Source: Eledone cirrhosa
Taxonomy: Eukaryota
Length of the DNA stretch: 64,000 nt
Direction of reading: 5' to 3'
NCBI GenBank assembly: GCA_964016885.1
Contig: OZ024759.1
Span: 25,792,001 to 25,856,000 of the forward strand
This document shows, one piece after another, positions 1 to 13,382 of this stretch; the stretch's first letter is position 1, and every line of letters begins with the position of its first letter. A program made the translations under genes and the position numbers. Under the pieces are notes generated by a model. The model saw only the letters and a list, made by a program, of their open reading frames with translations. It ran no database searches and was not told where the DNA came from.

Positions 1-1464
1 ACATACCACTTCAAACTTTCTTTGTCGATCAAGGGACATTAACTAAAAACGTTTGTGAAAGGTTAACAACAAACGCACCCCGTAAAAAAAAATAACCCCA
101 AACAAAACTAAGTTTTAAGTGAAGTAACGTTTTAGTCGCTATTCTTTTCTTTCCCTGAAAATGAACAATAATGAAACCCTCAACAACAACAACAAAAACT
201 TGGAAAACTACCCCCTGATGTAATAATTGGATACCTTTAAGGTAATCCCATTCCAGTTTAAATTACCTGGATGATGAAAAAGAAAAAAATATCGCACTAA
301 TTACAATATTTTGGGACTGATATTACGGTTAAATTTCATTTATTTAAAAATTAAAAGAAATGAATTTTGTTTTATCTCAACCCTGCTCGCTCTCACACAA
401 TTACTCTCTCGCCATTAAAATCCATTTCTGCCATTTTATGTTCGCCATTTTAAATGTAAAGTTTTGATTCTTTCCTTTGTTGGTGTTTTTGTTTATTCAT
501 TTTGAATATTGAATTATTATATATTTTTTTTAATTAAGTTTATTTTGGATTAGAAGATCGCATAATCTCGTTGTTGGGAGAGTTGGTAAAGGTGTTGAAC
601 ACGAATGTATAATGATAGTTCGGTTGATAGTTCGCATCACATCTCCGTAGCAATGAATATAACTCCATGACTGGAACTAACTTCAAAGCGCTGGCACTTT
701 TTTTTATCGATCTCAGCAAAGAAATTTTGTCAAGAGCGAAACAGTTTCTTCGGAGAAACGGCCTGGGATGCGCATTGATGAGAAGCATTCTCTCCGTTCT
801 TCTTCACCCTTGCCAGGTCAGGTTGTTGGGTGTCCAGGCACTCTCATGTAACTTTCGGGAGGATTGGAGTGCCGTTAATGTGGATACGGGCGTTGTGCTT
901 CTCACTCAAGAGCAATATTACTATAACAAGCTAAATATAAACTGGTACAAGCCAATGTTGAAACTCCGCTCAAAACCTCAACTTACCAAGAATTTACTTC
1001 TAGTCCAAAGACACTCGTCAGACCACCTCCTACATTCACATAAACACAAGCACTGTTACACACACACATATATATATACACACAAACACACCGATACATA
1101 TATACGCACACAGATATGCACAAGCACCAAGGCATATACACATACGCAGACACATATGCACACACACACACATATATATACACACATATGCACACACGCA
1201 CACACAGATATATATATATGTATATATATACACACACACACACACATACACACACATACACACACATGACAATCACGCCACCTGGTTGTGATTGCTTATC
1301 TGAAAAGTTTTTCCTGGTTGTATGCTGACAATTGTTTTTTTTCACTTCAATATCTTTATCCAATGACAAGATAGACATCCACCTCCATATCATCATCATC
1401 ATCATCATCATTTTCGTCACCAACCCACCACCTTCTCCACAATGTATACCATATATATATATAA

Positions 1465-1519
<55 letters not shown>

Positions 1520-1625
1520 CACATTCAAGTACACAATACATATTTATATTTATGTATACTATATACACATTTATATGCTTGCACGTACATCAAATATATT
1601 TATACGATTTTTACATACATGTGCA

Positions 1626-1670
<45 letters not shown>

Positions 1671-1675
<5 letters not shown>

Positions 1676-1847
1676 AAAGCGTCAGGACATTGACGGCTGA
1701 GCTCCGGCCGTTTCGACAGCTAGATCCGAACAGTTCGGATCTAGGTGTCGAAATGCCCGTCGGGGTCCTGACTCTTTTCCTATTACCCACTCTACTACCC
1801 TAAGTATCGAGTACTCTGCTGCGTTATGGCTTACCACACCTTCTTTG

Positions 1848-1850
<3 letters not shown>
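1671..1850 (+). mobile_element. Short foldback element in (TA)n (family A), probably derived from a Penelope-like pLTR
   Basis: Imperfect palindrome gaaaagcgtcaggac...ctagatccgaac-a-gttcggatctag...gtcctgactcttttc, followed by the tail ctctactaccctaagtatcgagtact shared with 7277-7462 and 60331-60420; flanked by (TA)n on both sides. Confidence 0.7.
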
Positions 1851-1901
<51 letters not shown>

Positions 1902-1904
1902 TAT

Positions 1905-2075
1905 GTGGGGAACCGACGGCCGAGCTCTTGCCGTTTCAACTGGTAGTTTCGACTTTTTATAATATAGCTATACTCTACTACCCTAAGTATCCAGTACTCT
2001 GTTGAGTAATGGTCTAACCAGGTCTTGCCGTTTCAATATCTAGTTCTATGACTATACTATCTATACTTCATGTCC

Positions 2076-2080
<5 letters not shown>
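1905..2080 (+). mobile_element. Degenerate family A copy
   Basis: gacggccgagctcttgccgtttc and ctctactaccctaagtatccagtact match family A; lies within (TA)n. Confidence 0.55.
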
Positions 2081-2147
<67 letters not shown>

Positions 2148-2232
2148 AAAGTTTTATTTAAGATTGTTGGGTTACAACGAGTAAATATTTTATAACTGAT
2201 ATAAAAGCACTCAACAGTTTCTGGAGTAGGTT

Positions 2233-2708
<476 letters not shown>

Positions 2709-2840
2709 ATAAGTTGACAGAACTAACACGGGTTTCACTGCTAGGACCGGTTGCATCTCAACATGCTCAATAGGTAACGTTAAATAAACTCCCAGAGTAG
2801 ACACATAGTTATTCGCTTCAATACACCGCACGTAAATGGG

Positions 2841-2905
2841 TACTCTTTTACTCTTTTACCTGTTCCAGCCATCCGTCTGACGCCATGCTGGGGCACCACC
2901 TTCAA
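2841..2905 (-). mobile_element. Octopus-type SINE 3' fragment
   Basis: tactcttttacctgttccagcc...gccatgctggggcaccaccttc resembles the Octopus SINE tail ctcttttacttgtttcagtc...gccatgctggagcaccgcc as I recall it. Confidence 0.55.
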
Positions 2906-2971
2906 TTATTATTAGTACCTTCAATTTACATATATATATATATTTAATATAGAAATGGCTTCTACAGGACT

Positions 2972-3254
2972 AGAGCTGTACGGGAGCCTCCCAAAAGTCA
3001 GCTCAAAAGTGACACAGAGGAGACTGAGGTTAGCTGGACATGCTCACCGACATCCAGAGTTAACATTGCACTCAGTGCTCCTGTGGGAGCCCCTACATGG
3101 ACACACTGGAAGAGAAAGACCAAGGTTAACGTATGTTGATGCCCTAAGGACAGACACTGGTCTGTTGGAGACGCAGGACATGGCAGCGATAGTGAGGGAC
3201 ATAGACCGCTGGAGAGAACTCGTCCATGGATCTCGGGAATTTTACCCGCCCTAG
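2972..3254 (+). mobile_element. 5'-truncated RTE/RTE-X LINE, ORF C-terminus
   Basis: ELYGSLPKVSSKVTQRRLRLAGHAHRHPEL..VLLWEPLHG...RPRLTYVDALRTDTG...DRWRELV is the typical RTE-clade post-RT C-terminus; followed by a simple-repeat tail. Confidence 0.88.
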
Positions 3255-4066
3255 ATAGAGATATCTCTATATATATGTATATATACATTACAAAGAGTCA
3301 GGATCCGACAGTTGAGGCCTTGCCGTTTTAACATCTAGTTCTGGACTTATACTACCTAAACTTCATGTCCTATATATATAGGGCGTGGGGTCTAGATAAT
3401 ATACGGTCACTATGTGATAGTGATATTGATGATGATGATTGGTATGCTTGTAGTGATGGTGGTAGTAGATACACAGGCAGGCATACACACAGATAAATCG
3501 ACACTTACACAAACACACCAACTCTGACAGACAAACAAACATACACACATACACACACATAGACAATCATACACGCGCACACAGGCACACACACATAAAC
3601 ACAGACAAACACACACACTCAGACACCCAGACGTATACATAGACACGCACCCATACACATACAGGCAGACATATATAGACATATACACAGACAGGCAGAG
3701 AAACATACATACATATATATATATATATACAGACATAGATATACACAGACAAATACACACACATATACTACCACACATACATACACATATACTACCACTC
3801 ATACACACATATATACTACCACACACACAGAAATACTACCACACATACACACACATATACTACCACTCATACACACACATATACTACCACTCATACACAT
3901 ACATACACAGACAGACACACAGACAGACATACAGACGATAAAAATTTTAATGGATTCAAATTGAAGCTTTTCTCTTTGGAAACCTTTGATCCGTTTCTAT
4001 TTTGGAATCTTTTACTCTCTCCTCTCTCTCTTACTACCTCCTCCTCCTTCTCCGTCTACTACCACC

Positions 4067-4097
<31 letters not shown>

Positions 4098-4181
4098 TTG
4101 CTTCCATCACCATCAACACCACCACCACTACTACCACCACCATCAGAACCACCACTACTACTACTACTACTACCACCACCG

Positions 4182-4250
<69 letters not shown>

Positions 4251-4472
4251 GCATATTGTCTTTTTCATTTTTTTGGGGGGAAGGAGTGATTTCACTTGTT
4301 TTTTCCCCTTCCTTGTGTGTTTTTTCCGTATACTTTTCACACACACATACATATATATGTGAGTGTGTATGTATATATACATATGCGTGTGTGTGTATGT
4401 ATATATACGTGTCTGTATATATATATATATATATATTTTATTTATTAGGGCTATGTAATAAGTTATGTTACT

Positions 4473-4531
4473 CATGTCTGATGAACTTGTGAGTACACAG
4501 GTGAAACTCCAGAGTATCACCACTTCACATG
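4473..4531 (+). ncRNA. Hammerhead-ribozyme-like motif (type I-like; stem I displaced)
   Basis: CTGATGA at 4478-84, stem II acttgtg-agta-cacaggt, GAAA at 4503-06, stem III ctc-ca-gag, GTA site. catgt (4473-77) pairs with acatg (4527-31) only after a 10-nt insertion. Confidence 0.55.
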
Positions 4532-4799
4532 GCCATAAGAAATATTTAAACTCTTGAGAGTGATCTCGTATAGCGACAAAATATGACGTCGATGTAAACA
4601 TAGATGTAAACATAGATGTAAACATATATTTGATATGTCTTTAGTCAGACATCGTAAAAACATGAAATTACTATCGATAATTAAATGTTTAATAATGTCT
4701 GATTAAATCGTATAGTAATTATATATTCTAATTGTTTAAGAATTTTATAATAAACTTAAGTATGTATAATGCTTTTATGCATTTATGCACGCGAAATAT

Positions 4800-5115
4800 G
4801 GTCGACGAATTGTCAGAGTCGTTAGAACTTTGGATAGAATGCTTTCCGGCATTCGTTCCTGCTCTCTGCTTTCTCAGTTCAAATCACTTATGTCAACTTG
4901 GCATTTTATCATTTCGAGGTTGATAAAAATAGTACCAGTTTAATACTGGAGTATTCTATTCCTCTATATCTCTTTCTCACTTCCTCTCTCTCACTTTTTA
5001 TCCTTCTCTGGAAGAAATCTTCTATGTTCAGCCCTGAAGAGGGGATGGGCTCCACCAGGCATAACATGCTCCAAGAAACGCCGTACACCCCTATGGGGTA
5101 TCTGTACCACTAAAT
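4800..5115 (+). mobile_element. Degenerate tRNA-derived SINE with a long 3' extension
   Basis: A-box-like tgtcagagtcgttag and B-box-like agttcaaatc; collinear with 13638-13950, including tctatatctctttctca and ccttctctggaagaaatct. Confidence 0.7.
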
Positions 5116-5482
5116 CAGGAATTACTAGGTCATTCATACATGCAATTATGTATGTCAAATATAACTGTAAATATATATGTGAGAGCAGCGCCTGCGAGAA
5201 TCGAACTTATGTTTGAAGGTCCCTTCAGTTGCTTCAAACCAACAAGGCCACGGCTCCTGACAGTTACCCTTTCTCTCAACTCCAAACATGGCGCCTTGGA
5301 GCTGGTCTCCATCCTCACAGAATTCTTCTCTCTCCCCTCTCTCATTCACCCCTTCTCTTTCCCTCTCGCTATATATGTATATATATTCGAAACTCAAACA
5401 CACATTATATATGTAAAGGGGAAAAAAAATAACTGACAATTATTTAATATAAATCTATACTCGAAGTACATTTTCATATATA

Positions 5483-5549
<67 letters not shown>

Positions 5550-5584
5550 TATACATACACACACATATATATATATATATTATT

Positions 5585-5659
<75 letters not shown>

Positions 5660-6258
5660 TTATATGTATATATATATATATTTATATGTATATATATATA
5701 TATGCATAGACATTCTATTTGATCCCTATACATTGTAAGATCGCAGTACACACACTATATATATGTATATATATATATATATAGTCTCTCCTATCATTTC
5801 CAGAATCTTCCACTTTAAATGTGACAGAATCTCAGAAAAAAAAAATGATAATATATTTGTTTCTAAAATTAAAAGGTGGCAGGGGGACCATTTATAGAGA
5901 GAGTGTGGGGCGGAAGGATAGTAGAGGGGTGATGGGATCATTGATGATGTGAGGGAAGGAGAGGGAGAAGGATGGGCTGGTTTCATTTCATAGACTGATA
6001 GATGAACCGGCGTGTGGTAGACAGATACATGTGGTGGGGGTGTTTCATAGATAGATACATAGATACACGGCTTGATAGAGTGATAGATATATTGATGGAT
6101 AGATACGTAGATATATATATATATATAGAGAGAGAGATAAAGACAGATAGATTGAGAGAGAGAGAGAGAAAGATAGATAGATAGATACATAGAAGATAGA
6201 TAGATAGAGAGAGGTAAAGATAGATAGATAGATACATATATAGAGATAGGATAAAGAT

Positions 6259-6312
<54 letters not shown>

Positions 6313-7225
6313 AGTTAGATAGATAGATAGAAGATAGATAGGTATATTGATATATATATATATATATATAGAGAGAGATAGATAGATAGCTTGATAGATA
6401 TATTGATAGATACATAGATAGATAGAAGTGTAGATTGATAAATATATAGTTAGATCGATAGATGTATTGATGGATATATAGGCAGATAGATAGATAGATA
6501 AGCGATAGATACAGCCAAATAGATATAGATAGGTATAGTTAGATAGGTAAGAGAGGTTTTTAGCGTAAGGGAGTGGGTGGGACGTGGAGAGAAAAGAAAA
6601 GTGGAAGTTAAAAGAGGTGGGTGTGTGTGTTTGTGTGGTGGGGAAAAGTGCGCTATGGAAGAGAGACGTGAGGGCCCAACATTACCCCCCCTCTCCCCTT
6701 TAACCCTCCTTGCCTCACCCAACACCACTAGACACAAAAAATAATGAATTCTAATGTAAAATACAAATTAGAAAACAACGTCTACGACAACAACAAAAGC
6801 AAGAACAACAACTACTACATATAACATAAACAACAACAACAATTACATACCTATAACAACAAAAGCAAGAACAACAACTACATATAACAACAACAACAAC
6901 AACAACAACATTTCTTTAGCAACAATGAGAACAATTACAAAATATAAAAAATAAGACACACGTGGAACATAATAGATTTAAAAAAAAAACAAAATAAGAA
7001 CAACAACAACAATATTAAAACAAAGCACAACACATAGAACAACAACAAAAACAATAACACAGAACACAACAGCAACAACACATAAAATAACACCATCTAA
7101 ATCTGTACAACACCAATAACATGACCATCACTTAAGAACGACAAAGAGAAAGAGGAATATGAGGGAGGAGGGTGGAGGAAGAGGAGAAGGAAAGAGTGAC
7201 AATGAGAGGTTTAGGTCTTCTTGTT

Positions 7226-7276
<51 letters not shown>

Positions 7277-7278
<2 letters not shown>

Positions 7279-7462
7279 AACGAGTAGGACCCCGACGGCT
7301 GAGCTCAAGCCGTTTCGACGGCTAGTCCCACAACTAGCCGTCGAAACGGCTTGAGCTCAGCCGTCGGGGTCCTACTCGTTCCTATTACCCACTCTACTAC
7401 CCTAAGTATTGAGTACTTTGGTGCGTTATGGTCCACCTGGTTCCTTACCACATTTCCTTCGT
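7277..7462 (+). mobile_element. Family A foldback element: perfect 50-bp palindrome plus unique tail
   Basis: Arms 7277-7326 and 7333-7382 are exact reverse complements around the loop cccaca; contains GAAAC-ggct..agcc-GTC; flanked by (TA)n. Confidence 0.8.
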
Positions 7463-7957
7463 TATATATATATATATATACATTGTTTTAGGTTTGTTAC
7501 TGTAATATATGACACAGATATAGAGGAAGGGAGAGAGGGAGTGAAGTATTCTCTAGTTCCGTCCACGGAGAGATTATAACGAATATAGTATAGATATTGA
7601 AATAGAAACAGATTGTCATATAAAGTGGTTGTATAATATGTATATATATATATATATATATTTATCCTAAAATAATATTTAATAAATATGATATTGAGGA
7701 TCAATTTAGTGAGAAGGGTTCATGTGTAAGCGAGGTATTGGTGGTGGTGACGATTGTTGTTGGCGGAACGTGGGGTGGAGGCGATTGTTGTGGCTTTTAA
7801 GGAGGTAAAATGGAGTTATAGCTGAAGAGGAGAGAAACGGCGGGATGGGAGATACCTTGGCGCCTGACTTATAACTTCACTAGCTTTACAACATGTATAT
7901 ATATATATAATTTGTATATGAATATACGTATATATATATATATATATATATATAATT

Positions 7958-7996
<39 letters not shown>

Positions 7997-8053
7997 TTGT
8001 ATATAAATATAAGTTTATATATGTATATATATTATAATATGTATATAAATATA

Positions 8054-8095
<42 letters not shown>

Positions 8096-8249
8096 TATGT
8101 ATATAAATATAGGTTTATATATATATATATATATTATATATTATGTATATAAATATAGGTTTATATATATATATATATACTATATAATATGTATGTAAAT
8201 ATAGGTTTATATATATATACATATATTATGTATTATGTATATAAATATA

Positions 8250-8300
<51 letters not shown>

Positions 8301-8379
8301 ATATGTATATAAATACAGGTTTATATATATATATCATATATGTATGTAAATATAGGTTTATATGTACATGCATACATAG

Positions 8380-8428
<49 letters not shown>

Positions 8429-8511
8429 AATAAAATAACAAGGACGATTGCTTACCCCTTCATTACGTTTATTGGTTGGTGACGCACGTTTCGCCTCTGA
8501 TCAGCTCAGGG

Positions 8512-8900
8512 TTCGATAAATCGACACCAGTGCATTACTGTTACTTTATTCTACTTTATTCTAAGAATGAAAGGCAAATTTGAACTGAGAGCTAAAAAAA
8601 TCCGGATCAAATGCTACCAAGACTCTGTAAATCCACCTCCATTAATGACAACGATTAAATTGACCCCAGTTCTTGACTGGTACTTTATTTTAACAATCCC
8701 GAAAGGTTGAAAGGCAAAGTCGACCTCTGCAAGGTTTGAACTCAGAACGTAAAGAGGCGAGAGAATTCCAAGTTCTAATCAAATAAATGTTTCGACTAAG
8801 AGGAGGGGATAGTCAATTAAATCGACGCGAGTGCATTACTGGTATTTTATTTTCTCCATCTCGTAAAGATGAAAGATGAAACGCAGAACGTAAAAATCCC
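8512..8900 (-). mobile_element. Cluster of about three degenerate octopus-type SINE fragments
   Basis: Repeated aaatcgac.ccagtgcattactggtactttattt and gaaaggcaaagtcgacctc...tttgaactcagaacgtaaag. Confidence 0.75.
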
Positions 8901-8902
8901 GA

Positions 8903-10430
8903 ACCAACTCGCCAATCCCTCTACCTACCCACCAACTCGCCAATCACTCTACCTACCCACCAACTAGCCAATCACTCTACCTACCCACCAACTAGCCAAT
9001 CACTCTACCTACCCACCAACTAGCCAATCACTCTACCTACCCACCAACTAGCCAATCACTCTACCTACCCACCAACTCGCCAATCACTCTACCTACCCAC
9101 CAACTAGCCAATCTCTCTACCTACCCACCAACTCGCCAATCTCTCTACCTACCCACCAACTCGCCAATCACTCTACCTACCCACCAACTAGCCAATCACT
9201 CTACCTACCCACCAACTAGCCAATCACTCTACCTACCCACCAACTAGCCAATCACTCTACCTACCCACCAACTCGCCAATCACTCTACCTACCCACCAAC
9301 TAGCCAATCACTCTACCTACCCACCAACTAGCCAATCACTCTACCTACCCACCAACTAGCCAATCACTCTACCTACCCACCAACTCGCCAATCTCTCTAC
9401 CTACCCACCAACTAGCCAATCACTCTACCTACCCACCAACTCGCCAATCTCTCTACCTACCCACCAACTAGCCAATCACTCTACCTACCCACCAACTAGC
9501 CAATCACTCTACCTACCCACCAACTAGCCAATCACTCTACCTACCCACCAACTCGCCAATCACTCTACCTACCCACCAACTAGCCAATCACTCTACCTAC
9601 CCACCAACTAGCCAATCACTCTACCTACCCACCAACTAGCCAATCACTCTACCTACCCACCAACTCGCCAATCTCTCTACCTACCCACCAACTAGCCAAT
9701 CATTCTACCTACCCACCAACTAGCCAATCACTCTACCTACCCACCAACTCGCCAATCACTCTACCTACCCACCAACTAGCCAATCTCTCTACCTACCCAC
9801 CAACTCGCCAATCTCTCTACCTACCCACCAACTCGCCAATCTCTCTACCTACCCACCAACTCGCCAATCACTCTACCTACCCACCAACTAGCCAATCACT
9901 CTACCTACCCACCAACTAGCCAATCACTCTACCTACCCACCAACTCGCCAATCACTCTACCTACCCACCAACTAGCCAATCACTCTACCTACCCACCAAC
10001 TAGCCAATCACTCTACCTACCCACCAACTCGCCAATCACTCTACCTACCCACCAACTAGCCAATCTCTCTACCTACCCACCAACTCGCCAATCTCTCTAC
10101 CTACCCACCAACTCGCCAATCTCTCTACCTACCCACCAACTCGCCAATCACTCTACCTACCCACCAACTAGCCAATCACTCTACCTACCCACCAACTAGC
10201 CAATCACTCTACCTACCCACCAACTAGCCAATCACTCTACCTACCCACCAACTAGCCAATCTGTCTACCTACCCACCAACTCGCCAATCACTCTACCTAC
10301 CCACCAACTAGCCAATCTCTCTACCTACCCACCAACTAGCCAATCACTCTACCTACCCACCAACTAGCCAATCTCTCTACCTACCCACCAACTCGCCAAT
10401 CACTCTACCTACCCACCAACTAGCCAACCA
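8903..10430. repeat. 28-bp minisatellite, about 54 copies, ACCAACT(A/C)GCCAATC(A/T)CTCTACCTACCC
   Basis: Directly visible tandem array with two main polymorphic positions. Confidence 0.97.
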
Positions 10431-10815
10431 ATCTGTCCACCCAATCTTCCCCCCACCCACACACATACCCATCTACCTCTTCGCCAACACCTCACCCCCC
10501 CTCATTCTCCGTAATACTCGGATTAAACTTTTACATTCACCTCCTCCCATCTGTTCCACTTAGCTTCTCACCTTTCCATATAACACCTTACTACTACTAC
10601 TACCACGACGTCACGACGACCACCACCGCTACTACCTACATCACCACCACCACCACCACCACCACCACCACCACCACTACAACCTCTACCACCAACACCA
10701 CCACTACCACTATCACTACAACCACTACCACCAACATTACCTCCATCACCACCACAACCACCACCAACACCATCACCATCACTACAACCACCACCAACAC
10801 CACCACCAACAGCAT

Positions 10816-10846
<31 letters not shown>

Positions 10847-11573
10847 ACCACAACAACAACAACAAAAACAACACCACCAACACCAACATCACTACCGCCA
10901 ACACCACCACCAACACCACCACCACCTCACACGTACCTTCTATCAGAGTTAAATATTTACCATTAAATCAGTGAAAAACAAAACAAACATAATTGAAAAT
11001 TGAAAATATAAAAAACCCACAAAAGAAGCAGGTTTTTAAAAAAGATAAACAAAGTTTCTTTCTTTGTTTCTTTCTTTTTTCTTTCTTTCTTTTTTCTTTC
11101 TTTTTTCTTTCTTTCTTTTTTCTTTCTTTCTTTCTTTTTCTTCTTCCTTATTCTTTTTCTGTTCTTCTTCCTAACATTCTTTCTTTTTTTCTGTTTTTCT
11201 CTTCTTCCTCACTTCCTTTCTTCCCTCATTCCTCTCTTCTTTAGCCCCCATTCTCCACCCATCCACCCTACCAGCTAACCCCCCCCCCACCCCACCCAGC
11301 CCTTACCATGGTTCTACACAGTTTCTTGGAGGACAATCTAAATGACTTTTAGATTGGCTTCAATATTTCTTACCATTTGAAAACATATTAAGTAAATTGC
11401 ATTCTTTTAAAAATGGTTTCCTTCTCTCTCCCCTTCCTCCTTCTCCGGCGTCCTTCTCCCCTCTCTGTCCAACCCTCCCTCCTCCTTGACCCCCCCCCCC
11501 CCCACCCGCCGAACGATCGTACAAACGATTGCAATTGAATTCCTGAGAAAATCGTGAACTTTTCTTAAAAAAG

Positions 11574-11615
<42 letters not shown>

Positions 11616-12158
11616 CACACACATATTATGTATATATATATATATATATACATATACACATACATATATATATATATACACATACATACATATATATACA
11701 CACATATATATATATATATATGTATACACACATATATATCATGTATATATATATAAATGTATGTATGTATGTATGTATGTATGTATGTATGTATGTATGT
11801 ATGTATGTATGTATGTATGTATGTATGTGTGTATGTATGTATATATGACAATAATAACAATTATGACAAGAACAACAGCAACACCAAGAAATATTTAAAT
11901 AAATCAATTTCCATTTATATTTCAGATACACCGCGTTCGTTGTTTCTGCGGCCATTTTCCCTGTATTTTCTTACTCCTCCCACCTCATCTATTTTCAGTC
12001 TTTCTTTGTTAATACACACACACGTATAGACACATATATAGACACACATACACACACATATACACATACATACCTACACAGATACACACACACAGATATA
12101 TATATATATATATATACAGACATTATTACACCCGTTACACACATTCACACACACACAC

Positions 12159-12207
<49 letters not shown>

Positions 12208-12920
12208 TAAATCCTTTATGTATGTATATGCGTATGTAAATAATAATGATGATGATGATTAAGATAATGACAAAAATATTAATAAGGCTTATAAGCAACC
12301 ACTATCACCACCACCACCACCACCACCACCACTATCACCAACACGACCTCCACTACTATCACCACCCCCACCACTATTACTCCCCCCCACTACCACCATC
12401 GCCACTACCACCACCACCCCTCCCCCACCACCATTTACCTATTTGCTCCATTCCTGTGTTTCTGTAATTCTGGCTTCATTATCGTCAATATTGCACTAAT
12501 TAATTTTATTAATATTATTATCAGTAGTAGTAATAGTGGTAGCGGTAGTAGTTGTAGTGATGTTGGTGTGGAGGTGATGGTAGCGGTGGTGGTGCTGGTG
12601 GTAGGTTGAAGATGTGTGGCTTGGGGCGCGGCGGTGGGGGAGAGTAGAAGTTTGTAGAGTTTAGAGATGGCGGGAAAATAGTGGGGGTGGGGGTTCAGTG
12701 GTAGTGGTATTGGTGGTAGTGAGGGTGGGGTTGGTGGAGGTGGAGGTCAGGGCAATGGCGGTGGGTGGGTCATTGATGAAATCAATCAATATATATCTGA
12801 GAAAATTGGTAGCCGCCATTACAGATTCTACATTCACTTTTGGTAAAATGGAGAATAATGACAAAGTAGGTGATCATAACAACAAAAAGAGCAACAACAA
12901 TAAAAATAATACTAATAATA

Positions 12921-13125
12921 ATTGTTTCTACTTTAGGCACAAGGCCAGCAATTTTGAGGGGCGGTGGATTACATTACTCATGTTTTATTTTATCTTATAT
13001 CAACCCGTAAGAATGAAAGGCAAAGCTAACTTCTGTGGGATTTGAACTCAGAACGAAAATGAGCGTAACTCTATGCCATGAAGAATGGTGTCCGATGATC
13101 TACCGAAAACTATCAACGCACCCAA
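12921..13125 (-). mobile_element. Octopus-type tRNA SINE
   Basis: tttctactttaggcacaaggccagc...gaatgaaaggcaaagctaac...gatttgaactcagaacg, next to an (AAT)n tail. Confidence 0.8.
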
Positions 13126-13382
13126 CACATATGTTAACATCATCATCATCATCATCGTTATTATGCTTCATAATGTCTGTTGGTTGGCAAATATGTGATG
13201 AACAATTCCTCTCGCTGTTTCCCTATCCTTAACCATATCTTCCAGCCCAATAAATTTGTTGCCGACCATTTTCGTCCAGTCAGACCAAGCGATTTGTTTG
13301 TGGATTGGTCCAGTCTTATTCTCAGTTGCTGCAACAATGACACGTCGCTGCAAAATCCACCCCAGCAGAGTCCAATATATTG

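Noticed and set aside
1721-1731. TAGATCCGAAC match to part of miR-100
   Set aside because: The seed region (AACCCG) is absent and the match lies in a multicopy foldback element (also at about 47710).
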